Virus record (IMG/VR): IMGVR_UViG_3300026183_000930
Span: 1-64,000 of that record
Direction: 5' to 3' (one strand)
Source of the DNA: a virus
DNA: 64,000 nt
This document shows, piece by piece, positions 9,732-17,651 of the stretch. A program made the position numbers and the translations under genes. Every line of letters starts with the position of its first letter. Within the stretch, counting starts at the first letter, position 1. The notes beneath the pieces are model-generated. The model saw nothing but the letters and a program-made list of their open reading frames with translations, made no database searches and had not been told where the DNA came from.

Positions 9732-10103
9732 CTAATGAGCCAGTGTCCCATCGTTGTTCATGTACAGTGCACCTGTCCACTTAACAATGTAATCTCCAAA
9801 GATATTTCCTCGAGGAGCATTCAGTGCCGGGTTGGCCCATGATGCCGCTTTAAGAATATCTCCTTGTTTGAACTGCACACCTTTAGAAGTTGCGAAGTCT
9901 GTTTTAACAATAAATGAATGAACAGACTTTTGTGTTCCGTGTTTGGTTGTAACTTTGATAAACTTTTTACCAGCACTAGTTTCAATACCTTCACAAAACT
10001 CTTTGTCCATGTTTTGTTTCACAGTATCATTTTTACTAGCACCTCTCCAACCAATGTAGTCTTGCTTGATCTTTTCGATATAGTTGTTTAATTGTTCTTG
10101 CAT
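9732..10103 (-). CDS. conserved phage early protein
   Basis: KKFIKV..SVHSFI..GDILKAASW..PA..RGNIF motif common in large phages. Confidence 0.75.
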   Translation of the reverse strand: MQEQLNNYIEKIKQDYIGWRGASKNDTVKQNMDKEFCEGIETSAGKKFIKVTTKHGTQKSVHSFIVKTDFATSKGVQFKQGDILKAASWANPALNAPRGNIFGDYIVKWTGALYMNNDGTLAH

Positions 10104-10156
10104 TTACCTCTCCTTGTTATTTTAATAACTATAGCACATCTTTGGAATTTGTCAAC

Positions 10157-10657
10157 CTATGCTGTTTTTTCCAATTTATAAGACCTTTTTAGGATGCCAA
10201 TGTGTTCCTTAACTGCATCAATCATCAAAGGCTTCCATTGTGGATTGTCGTAATGCGAATAAAACCAAGTGCCTACTGGTCTACCCAAAAAGTCTTTGTC
10301 GCCTACATTTTTCATCAAGTAAATGTATTCCTCACCCGATCTAAATCCGTTTTCCAAATAATCGTTTTCGTCTTTGTAAACTCTATACTTGCAATCCTTC
10401 TCGCCTCGGTCTCTCATGTAATAAACATTTTGAAAGTTATATGTCTCGGCTTGTCTGTTATCAAAATCAATTGTTTCGCCGATAAACATTCCCCAACTGC
10501 TGGCATCACCAAGTTTAATTGCTTTGCCAACTTTGTTGGGATCTTCCCAATGCTCAATTAACTTGTAACCTAACCCGCCCGGGTATCCATCCCAATGCTG
10601 ATAGCTCGAGATGATTTGTTTGTTTTGCTGTAAACCTATTCTTGCTCTTGTTGCCAT
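10157..10657 (-). CDS. conserved phage early protein
   Basis: MATRARIG..YQHWDGYP..EEYIYL motif; own promoter. Confidence 0.75.
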   Translation of the reverse strand: MATRARIGLQQNKQIISSYQHWDGYPGGLGYKLIEHWEDPNKVGKAIKLGDASSWGMFIGETIDFDNRQAETYNFQNVYYMRDRGEKDCKYRVYKDENDYLENGFRSGEEYIYLMKNVGDKDFLGRPVGTWFYSHYDNPQWKPLMIDAVKEHIGILKRSYKLEKTA

Positions 10658-10723
10658 TTTACCTCTCTAGTTGTTTTTATTATTTTATATTAGCACGTTT
10701 ATTTAATTTGTCAACCTCTAGCA

Positions 10724-10963
10724 CTAGTAGTCGTCTCCGTAGTAACCGTAGTCTTCATCAGTACCAAACCCTGCTGAAGCAAGTGCTTCACCGTCATCGT
10801 ATAGATCATCGTAATCGTGATCTTCGTAATCGCTGTACTCATCGTCCTTAGCAATGTGCACCATACCATCGTATGCTACTTCATATTCAATCTTAAGCGT
10901 TTCCGCCTCGTCAAGCGTTTCTGCTGTGTCAATGATTTCGTTGTTCCAAATTAAGTTGTACAT
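10724..10963 (-). CDS. acidic early protein
   Basis: D/E-rich, ALASAGFGTDEDYG tail; own promoter. Confidence 0.7.
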   Translation of the reverse strand: MYNLIWNNEIIDTAETLDEAETLKIEYEVAYDGMVHIAKDDEYSDYEDHDYDDLYDDGEALASAGFGTDEDYGYYGDDY

Positions 10964-11020
10964 GTGCCTCTCCTTTGTTTATAGTTTTATATTAACATAA
11001 GTTGGATTCTTGTCAACCTC

Positions 11021-11395
11021 TTATTTTGTTCCACTTTGTGCGGATTCTGTAATGCTCCATATGGGATCTTCTTCGTATGCTTCCCAGTGAAGTGTGTTGC
11101 TGGATTCAAGTTCATACCACAGCTCTTCGATCTCCTTGTATTCTGCTTCTAGGTCTTCTCTAGACATCTTGTGAAAACCTCTAAAGCCACCTTCTAAGAT
11201 ATATGACAGAGTTGAATAATCTCGTTCTAGATAATCGGAATAGATCTTGTGTGCTTCAACCTGCATACATCGTTCAGCCATCACATAATGCGACAACTTC
11301 ATTGCCCTACTGTCTTCGTAGTAGGGCTCATGTGAGTCTTGGTCATTTAAGTCTGCAGGCAGTGTGCCCAGTGGATCAAATCGTTCATCAACCAT
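11021..11395 (-). CDS. hypothetical acidic protein
   Basis: GAGGAGG SD before ATG 11395. Confidence 0.65.
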   Translation of the reverse strand: MVDERFDPLGTLPADLNDQDSHEPYYEDSRAMKLSHYVMAERCMQVEAHKIYSDYLERDYSTLSYILEGGFRGFHKMSREDLEAEYKEIEELWYELESSNTLHWEAYEEDPIWSITESAQSGTK

Positions 11396-11399
11396 TTGC

Positions 11400-11567
11400 T
11401 TATTCCTCCTCTTGCACATCTACTGTTATGGTATATGATATACCTGTGATGCCCGGAGAGTCTTTAAAGGCATCATGTTGTTGCACATATTCCCATATCA
11501 TTTCGGAAACATATTCTTTATCTTTCTTGTTGAAGTCTTCGTTGATACCTACTATTTGTTTAGCCAT
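11400..11567 (-). CDS. small hypothetical protein
   Basis: GGAGG-type SD; overlaps upstream stop. Confidence 0.55.
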   Translation of the reverse strand: MAKQIVGINEDFNKKDKEYVSEMIWEYVQQHDAFKDSPGITGISYTITVDVQEEE

Positions 11568-12141
11568 TTGCCGCTTCCTCCTTTTGATCTTCTTCATACT
11601 GTTGCATACTTTCAACAATGCCCATGTAGTCGTCTAATAGTCGACCATCTTCTGTTTCCCAAAAGTCTGAATCAGACTTGGGTGCATCTTCACTACATGA
11701 ATAGCAACGATCATCAAAGTCTTCCCAAATGCCCATAAAGTCCATTCCGGGTTCATAGTAGATCAATCGTATTGAGCAATCTTTGTTGTGTTCTAAATAT
11801 TCTTCACACGCTCCAATTGGCGGGGCCCACGCTGAGTCAAAGCCAATTGACAATCTAGCATTGTCTCCATCACCTTCCACTTTGATGTTGTCGTCATATA
11901 GATCAACATCCCATTTGGTAGACCATTTAGCAACACGCCAATCATACCAATTGTTGTGTCCGTCTACCACAGGTTGTTTTGACATTTTCTCAGTATCGCT
12001 TGAGCTTTCTGTATCCTCTAACTCTTTGGGCATTGGATACAAAGTGTTTAGCAATTGACCTTCTTTGGCACCTTCTAGAAGTTTATCTAATTTGTGCTTT
12101 GGTCCTGTTATTTCAATATTGTTATTACACCAGTTTGGCAT
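11560..12141 (-). CDS. DUF1281/YubB (Api92-like) ferredoxin-like domain protein
   Basis: MPNWCNN, WYDWRVAKWSTKWD, FDSAWAPP, YYEPGMDFMG. Confidence 0.8.
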   Translation of the reverse strand: MPNWCNNNIEITGPKHKLDKLLEGAKEGQLLNTLYPMPKELEDTESSSDTEKMSKQPVVDGHNNWYDWRVAKWSTKWDVDLYDDNIKVEGDGDNARLSIGFDSAWAPPIGACEEYLEHNKDCSIRLIYYEPGMDFMGIWEDFDDRCYSCSEDAPKSDSDFWETEDGRLLDDYMGIVESMQQYEEDQKEEAANG

Positions 12142-12199
12142 ATTTTACCTCTCTCTGTTTATGTTATTACTATAACAGCCTTTCCAAATTTGTCAAGTG

Positions 12200-12448
12200 T
12201 TATATTTGATTATCTGTAATATCAAATACCCACTGATCCCATGGTTCAGTAGTTGTTGCTTCTAACACATTTGGAATGACTTCTGTGTGAGTGTAGTCTT
12301 CAATCGCATTTTTGATTGTGTTTGCTACATCCTTGTTGATGTAGTCGCACCATACTGATCCATTTTCAAACCATGGATCAATTTGATCGTTGTGTGCTAC
12401 TGCTACCTCAAATTTGATTTTGTCTAATACTGTTTTTTCAAATGCCAT
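12200..12448 (-). CDS. early hypothetical protein
   Basis: own promoter and SD. Confidence 0.65.
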   Translation of the reverse strand: MAFEKTVLDKIKFEVAVAHNDQIDPWFENGSVWCDYINKDVANTIKNAIEDYTHTEVIPNVLEATTTEPWDQWVFDITDNQI

Positions 12449-12678
12449 ATACCTCTCCTTTATTTTTAATATAACACATCTTTGAGATCTGTCAACCTCT
12501 TAGTTTCGAGCTAGAGTGGTTAGTTCTAGCTCTAAGGATTTAATTTATAAAGTCTCTATCCCTGAAATGACTTGCATCATTGTTATTAAGTTTATAGAGC
12601 TAATAACCCCGCGACTGGGAAGAAGGGCTCTTCTTTCATTGTGCATACTATAACCGATTACCAACCACGGACCTCAAG

Positions 12679-13074
12679 TTATACCTCAGCACATGAAACC
12701 TTTAATTCTAATTGTTTGTACAATTCTGTAGATTCTTTTTTGGCTTCTGCAATTGCTTCATCAATGCAATCACCATACCAACAATCATCATTGTGTTCTG
12801 CTTGTTTCTCAATCACTGACTCTGCATGATCATCTTTGTAGTACAAGCCTCCTAGACCCGATGAACCCATCAAGTGGCCTCTAAGATAAACCCTTGCACC
12901 AAACACAAACCATGCATCATACCCTTCATCAATTCTTTTGGCCATATGGTCTGTGTCTGTTTCATCACAGTACAAGTCTTTGGGATGAATGTCTTCGTAA
13001 TAGTATCCTACACGAATATCAAAACCATCTTTGGTATGACGCAAATGTTCTATCTCGTTAAAGTGATCTGACAT
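12679..13074 (-). CDS. hypothetical phage protein
   Basis: GAGAGG SD; TAATG coupling to the upstream gene. Confidence 0.65.
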   Translation of the reverse strand: MSDHFNEIEHLRHTKDGFDIRVGYYYEDIHPKDLYCDETDTDHMAKRIDEGYDAWFVFGARVYLRGHLMGSSGLGGLYYKDDHAESVIEKQAEHNDDCWYGDCIDEAIAEAKKESTELYKQLELKVSCAEV

Positions 13075-13427
13075 TACACTGCCTCTCTTTTCCATTCAAA
13101 CTCATCTGTAGACCATTCACAATCTTCATAGTCTATAGAATCCGAATCTTCATATGGAACACATTCAGCAACCTTTACTGCCTCGAATGATTCCGAAGAA
13201 TCCGGATTGTAGTCTTGTGCATGAACTTCTACAGGCTCACCATCATGAAAGCCTTCACTCCATTCAATTCTTTCAATGCCACCATGGTCGATAACAGCAT
13301 CTATGGCTTGATCTTTATTGGTTGCAACAACATCATACTCTACCCAGCAAGTGTAGGCTCGACGAACTCTAAACTTCTGTTTGCCAATATCCTTGTGAGG
13401 ATTGTCTTTACCGTATTCTTTTTTCAT
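13074..13427 (-). CDS. acidic hypothetical protein
   Basis: start at ATGA overlap with upstream small ORF. Confidence 0.65.
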   Translation of the reverse strand: MKKEYGKDNPHKDIGKQKFRVRRAYTCWVEYDVVATNKDQAIDAVIDHGGIERIEWSEGFHDGEPVEVHAQDYNPDSSESFEAVKVAECVPYEDSDSIDYEDCEWSTDEFEWKREAV

Positions 13428-13564
13428 AACATTAACCCCGCCAGTATTGCTAAAGTAAATCCAAATGCTAGCCACCCTGCGATGTAGCCAATGCCAAATG
13501 CTATTGCTCTGTGTATTAACCAAATAATAGCACCGCCTCTTGTTTTTTTATCGTATATTAACAT
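13424..13564 (-). CDS. 46-aa hydrophobic peptide (paralog of 56735-56839)
   Basis: MLIYDKKTRGGAIIWLIHRAIAFGIGYIAGWLAFGFTLAILAGLML; own promoter and SD. Confidence 0.75.
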   Translation of the reverse strand: MLIYDKKTRGGAIIWLIHRAIAFGIGYIAGWLAFGFTLAILAGLML

Positions 13565-13703
13565 AGTACCTCTCTTTGTTATAGTTTAATAATAGCACAA
13601 CTCTGTTTGTTGTCAACCTCTTAAAAGTGTTAATTTGCGTAGGTTATTACTGACAAAACAAAGTTAGCAACAATCATTGCACCCACAATATCTAAAACTA
13701 TCA

Positions 13704-13940
13704 TTAGTTCCACTCGTCCCAATTGTAAATGCCTTCGACACCTTGGTTGCCGTATTCTTTGTCTTGCATTTCTTCATATGACACAGTATCGTCTTCTACC
13801 ATGCCACCGTCGTTTTGACTGAGCCATGTGCTACCACAAACCGGACACGCATCTTTGTCAGTGTTGATTGGTCCGTGATCGCAATCTTTACAATACCAAT
13901 CGTCTACATACTCGTCTTCAAGATAAAAAGGATCTTGCAT
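13704..13940 (-). CDS. acidic zinc-ribbon protein
   Basis: CKDC...CPVC. Confidence 0.7.
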   Translation of the reverse strand: MQDPFYLEDEYVDDWYCKDCDHGPINTDKDACPVCGSTWLSQNDGGMVEDDTVSYEEMQDKEYGNQGVEGIYNWDEWN

Positions 13941-14215
13941 TATGCCACCTTCCTTTCTTTAGTTAATAGGTTGCCGGGCACGTTCCATCTCACAGAACCT
14001 GTGTCGACAACTACGTTTTTGATTTTGACTTTGGTCACTGTGCCTGTTTCAGTTCTACCATATCTGCCTTTGAAAGAAACAGTGTCACCTACTTTGAATG
14101 TCTGTGCTTGTTGAGTGTGAATTTGATTTCTTCTCAACTTGATTGCATCAATCACAGTGTTTAGGTCTTCGTTGTTTAATTTGTAAATTGTGTCTATTAC
14201 TTTTTCTAATGTCAT
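13940..14215 (-). CDS. SH3/KOW-like small phage protein
   Basis: FKVGDTVSF..GTVTKV..WNVP. Confidence 0.7.
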   Translation of the reverse strand: MTLEKVIDTIYKLNNEDLNTVIDAIKLRRNQIHTQQAQTFKVGDTVSFKGRYGRTETGTVTKVKIKNVVVDTGSVRWNVPGNLLTKERKVA

Positions 14216-14274
14216 GTTTACCTCTCTGTTATTAAATTAATATAGCATGAATCCAAAATGTGTCAACCTCATTT

Positions 14275-14535
14275 TTAATCCAACAAAATCATATACTCTT
14301 TTGGATAATGTTCTTTAAACCAATCAAGGCCGTCTCTCACAGTTTGCCACAACTCATGTCCGCCATCATCAATATTGTTTTGATGAGCTAACATCTCTGC
14401 GCCTTTGATTGCATCGTACACCGCAACGGCTGTTGGCTGTAACGTACAGGCTTGTCCCGAATAAGGATTCTTAACTTCAACTGGTTCTGTGTCAAATAGT
14501 TCTACCACAAATGGTGGGTTTGGTTCTTTTTGCAT
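14275..14535 (-). CDS. conserved phage early protein
   Basis: NPYSG..AVAVYDAIKGAE..GLDWF..YMILLD; SD before 14535. Confidence 0.7.
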   Translation of the reverse strand: MQKEPNPPFVVELFDTEPVEVKNPYSGQACTLQPTAVAVYDAIKGAEMLAHQNNIDDGGHELWQTVRDGLDWFKEHYPKEYMILLD

Positions 14536-14645
14536 AATGTTCCTCTCTGTGTTCATATCTTAATGTAGCATAGTTCTAATACTTGTCAACCACTTTTTGT
14601 AGTGCCTACCTGTTACAGTAAACACTACATTTAGTTTGTTATATG

Positions 14646-15254
14646 TTAAGCAACTTCTTGTTGTGTTGCGTTTACAAATTGCACAAGCTCATCGTTGCAT
14701 TTTTTCCAAAAGTCCGCGTCCATGTCCACGTCCAAATTAACAGCACCGTCATCTTGCATGCCTTGTTCACTGTAGTCAAAGTCCAACAAGTCACCTAACA
14801 GTTTGCTGTCAAAGTCACAATGCTCTTCCATGTACTTTATGCTGTTAGCAATAAACCCATCGTCTGTGTAAATCATGCCGTCGCTGTCTTGTTCATGTTT
14901 TATTTTGTTTATTAGTGCATTGTTGTCATCGTCACTGCCATCATACCATGTGCCGTCTTTGCCACTGCCATCGTAACTAATAGTTCCACTAAGTCCGCCA
15001 CTCCAATAGTAGCCACAGTCTTCATCACTGTCTTCGTATTTTGTAACTGTCAAGCCAATGTTTTCAACTTTAACACCCTTCACAACATTTTTGTTCCATA
15101 AACTAGTGCCGTCAGTCCATATTCTGTTGCCACCCACATATATGCTAATGTGTGCTGTAGTGTCGTAATCGTCACCACTGTCCCATTCAAAGTCAACATT
15201 TTTGTTTTGTAAAAACTTAATGCCTGCTTGTATTTGTGCTTGTGTATATTTCAT
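14646..15254 (-). CDS. highly acidic, proline-free early protein
   Basis: own promoter/SD; D/E-rich; GMIYTDDGF and DYSEQGMQ motifs. Confidence 0.8.
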   Translation of the reverse strand: MKYTQAQIQAGIKFLQNKNVDFEWDSGDDYDTTAHISIYVGGNRIWTDGTSLWNKNVVKGVKVENIGLTVTKYEDSDEDCGYYWSGGLSGTISYDGSGKDGTWYDGSDDDNNALINKIKHEQDSDGMIYTDDGFIANSIKYMEEHCDFDSKLLGDLLDFDYSEQGMQDDGAVNLDVDMDADFWKKCNDELVQFVNATQQEVA

Positions 15255-15314
15255 TGTGTACCTCTCTTTTTGTTATGTTATTAATGTAGCACATTTGTGT
15301 GTTTTGTCAAGTGT

Positions 15315-15494
15315 TTATTCTACAAATGTGCTGTCTTTGTAACTTTCAAACATTAATGTAATGTACTTTTCTTTTGTTGTACCGTCCATGCGTGTGTCGT
15401 ATTGCAAACGTATAATGTTTTTTTGCAACTGTGGAAATGTTGTTACAGGTTGCTTGTAGTATACGGGCTTTGCTACTTTGCTGTTGTATGCCAT
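15315..15494 (-). CDS. small early protein
   Basis: GAGAGAGG SD; own promoter. Confidence 0.65.
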   Translation of the reverse strand: MAYNSKVAKPVYYKQPVTTFPQLQKNIIRLQYDTRMDGTTKEKYITLMFESYKDSTFVE

Positions 15495-15548
15495 TTGTTT
15501 ACCTCTCTCAAATGCTATTGTTTTATAATAACACAACTTTGCGTTGTG

Positions 15549-15725
15549 TCAACCGTTGTGCCACAGCCTTTGCTCTTCCAAATAGTCTGCGTCCAAATTC
15601 CTTTTTTCCATTTCGTCTTCCAATGCACATTCGTCTCCCGGGTATGCATTTGCCATCACAGCATTGTAAGTCATTACAATTTCTTCGTCTGTCATTTTGC
15701 TGTAGTCTTCTTTATATGTTGTCAT
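15549..15725 (-). CDS. 58-aa acidic early protein (not in ORF track)
   Basis: MTTYKEDYSKMTDEEIV...QRLWHNG; promoter at 15776, SD; its TGA lies inside the next TTGACA. Confidence 0.7.
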   Translation of the reverse strand: MTTYKEDYSKMTDEEIVMTYNAVMANAYPGDECALEDEMEKRNLDADYLEEQRLWHNG

Positions 15726-15802
15726 GTGTTTTACCTCTCTTTGTTATGTTATAAATGTAGCACAGTTTACAATATTGTCAAATTAAAAACAGTAATAAAT
15801 TA

Positions 15803-15985
15803 TTACGCAATGTTTTTAACTTGTTCAATTTTTGTTGTTTGCACAACAATGTACTCTCCCGTTAAATTTACCCAATTTTTTGCCCAACTTTTTGCATCGC
15901 GTTGTGCTTGTTTGCGTGTGTTAAAAGTTGACTTTGTAGTTTCAAAAGTGCCTTGTTTGTTTTTTAGCAAGTAAGTGTATGTCAT
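15803..15985 (-). CDS. small basic early protein
   Basis: ATG after AGAGAGG; promoter at 16034. Confidence 0.7.
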   Translation of the reverse strand: MTYTYLLKNKQGTFETTKSTFNTRKQAQRDAKSWAKNWVNLTGEYIVVQTTKIEQVKNIA

Positions 15986-16254
15986 GTGTACCTCTCTTTG
16001 TTTGTGCTGTAAGTATACACTAGTTCCCCAAACTGTCAACCTCGTTGTGCCTGTTTGTGTGCCTTTTTTTTGTAACAATTGCAACAGGTTTTGCACTGTT
16101 GGAACAGGGGTCTGAAATGGGACACAACATCTAGTGTGAACTACATCTAGTGTCGACCCCTGCCACCATGGCACAAGACCAATCACCTGCATCCGCGGCA
16201 GTATCATTGAGCTAAAAAATTCCAAAAAAATTTGTGCCAGTCTTGATCAACCCC

Positions 16255-16360
16255 TCGTGAACCCCGTCGTGAGGCCTTCGTGAAGCCTTAGTGAACCCCT
16301 AGTGAACGGTCGTGAGGTAGTGAGGTAGTGAGCCGTCGTGAGGGTCAGTGACTGTAGTGA
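16255..16360. repeat. array of 11 (T)[C/A]GTGA motifs at 8-12 bp spacing
   Basis: tcgtga/tagtga repeated with GC-rich variable linkers. Confidence 0.85.
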
Positions 16361-16387
16361 ATCAATTCGGACTGCATAAATACTTGC

Positions 16388-16639
16388 ATGAAACTTTCAG
16401 AACTGTTACAGACTGCGGAAAACATAGGACCAGCACCCCGATCAGTGTGCAGATCAGGTAAACCAGATTCAGAACTGCCGGCTTCATGGCTAGCAAGTTG
16501 TAGATCACAGGGCCTGCGTAGAAGAGATTCAGACAAAAAGCACACCATAAAAGGCAAACGTATCTCTATAGATGGTAAAAAGATCAAAGGTCGACCGTAC
16601 GGGTCAGCGTCAAACACCACTCCAGATTACTCAGATTAA
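16388..16639 (+). CDS. late small basic protein, possible internal head protein
   Basis: TAAATA-N5-ATG; N-terminus MKLSELLQTAE resembles capsid-targeting leaders. Confidence 0.65.
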   Translation: MKLSELLQTAENIGPAPRSVCRSGKPDSELPASWLASCRSQGLRRRDSDKKHTIKGKRISIDGKKIKGRPYGSASNTTPDYSD

Positions 16640-16819
16640 CAGCCAATTGCCACAGCGTACATCTTCGCATGCGGCAATCAGCAAAACCTAATAGCGAGCC
16701 CAGGAGCCCAATAGCGAGCTCTTTCGGAATTTACAGGCCTGCGGCATAAGTTTGGGAGTCGTTCACCTCGTCCCTACCTGTTGCTCTCGAGCCTCCCCGA
16801 TGAACACGCTGAACTGCTA

Positions 16820-17059
16820 CTAACCAGCCACTGCTTGAGCAGGTGCTTCTTGTTCAAAGCCTTCCTGCACAGATTCAAACACTTGAGCTTTGGTCTTAGG
16901 TGACTCCAGTGCAATCCACTTCACAGAATCCATGTTCACACCATTTTTCAACAGTGTTTTGGTTCTGCTCACAGTGTCGTTGGTAAACAAATGTCTCACT
17001 TTGCCAGTGGGCATTGTTACTGTAGCATAAAATTTATATTGTGTGTCTTTAGTTGCCAT
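16820..17059 (-). CDS. hypothetical protein
   Basis: AAGGAGGG SD; promoter at 17125. Confidence 0.7.
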   Translation of the reverse strand: MATKDTQYKFYATVTMPTGKVRHLFTNDTVSRTKTLLKNGVNMDSVKWIALESPKTKAQVFESVQEGFEQEAPAQAVAG

Positions 17060-17651
17060 TGTCCCTCCTTTGTTATAGGTTGGCCCTAATTGTTATACTA
17101 GTATAATAACACATATACAGGATTTGTCAACCACTTTATCGCAGGTCTGATCATGGTTTTTAGACTACATATAGTGGTTTGACTGCGGATCAGAGTGTGG
17201 GAAGTATGGTTTTAAACACCTTTTCTTGTAGGAAGAGAGATAACCCTCAAAGTTTTGACCACCCGGGATTTGATCCTCTGAATCATGGGTTCGTATGGTT
17301 CGTATGACCCTGTTGAATCGCTTCGTATGACTCGTATGATGCAGAAAATAATTCATCTTTTACCATAATAGCACCACTTTTCTCTCAGCAGTCATGTGGT
17401 CTTTGTTACTACTGTTACTACTATGCTCTAGTGCAACACACAGTATTTCTCAGTCAACAAACTCACTAGCAACATGATCACTATAGTCATTGCCAGTGTG
17501 TATCCTTTATGCTGGTTTTTGGGGTGTGCTGACAGTGTTTTTATTGCAGTTGCTTTGATCAAACTCACCCTACAAATCCGTTGCCGATACCTGGTTGACG
17601 GGTGCTGTTGTCAGTTTCTGAATTAAAAGATCTTTTTTATTGTGGTGGCTG

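Larger units (their letters stand above)
5931..17130 (-). promoter_or_regulatory. series of 19 sigma70-type early promoters ((GG)TTGAC[A/G]-N~17-extended -10) each followed by an AGAGAGG-type SD
   Basis: -35 boxes (tgtcaa/cgtcaa on +) at 5931, 6392, 6742, 7785, 8322, 9577, 10150, 10709, 11011, 12191, 12490, 13611, 14261, 14584, 15305, 15547, 15776, 16034, 17125. Confidence 0.9.

Noticed and set aside
16255-16360. CRISPR or mini-array
   Set aside because: 6-bp motif with 2-6 bp linkers is far too short
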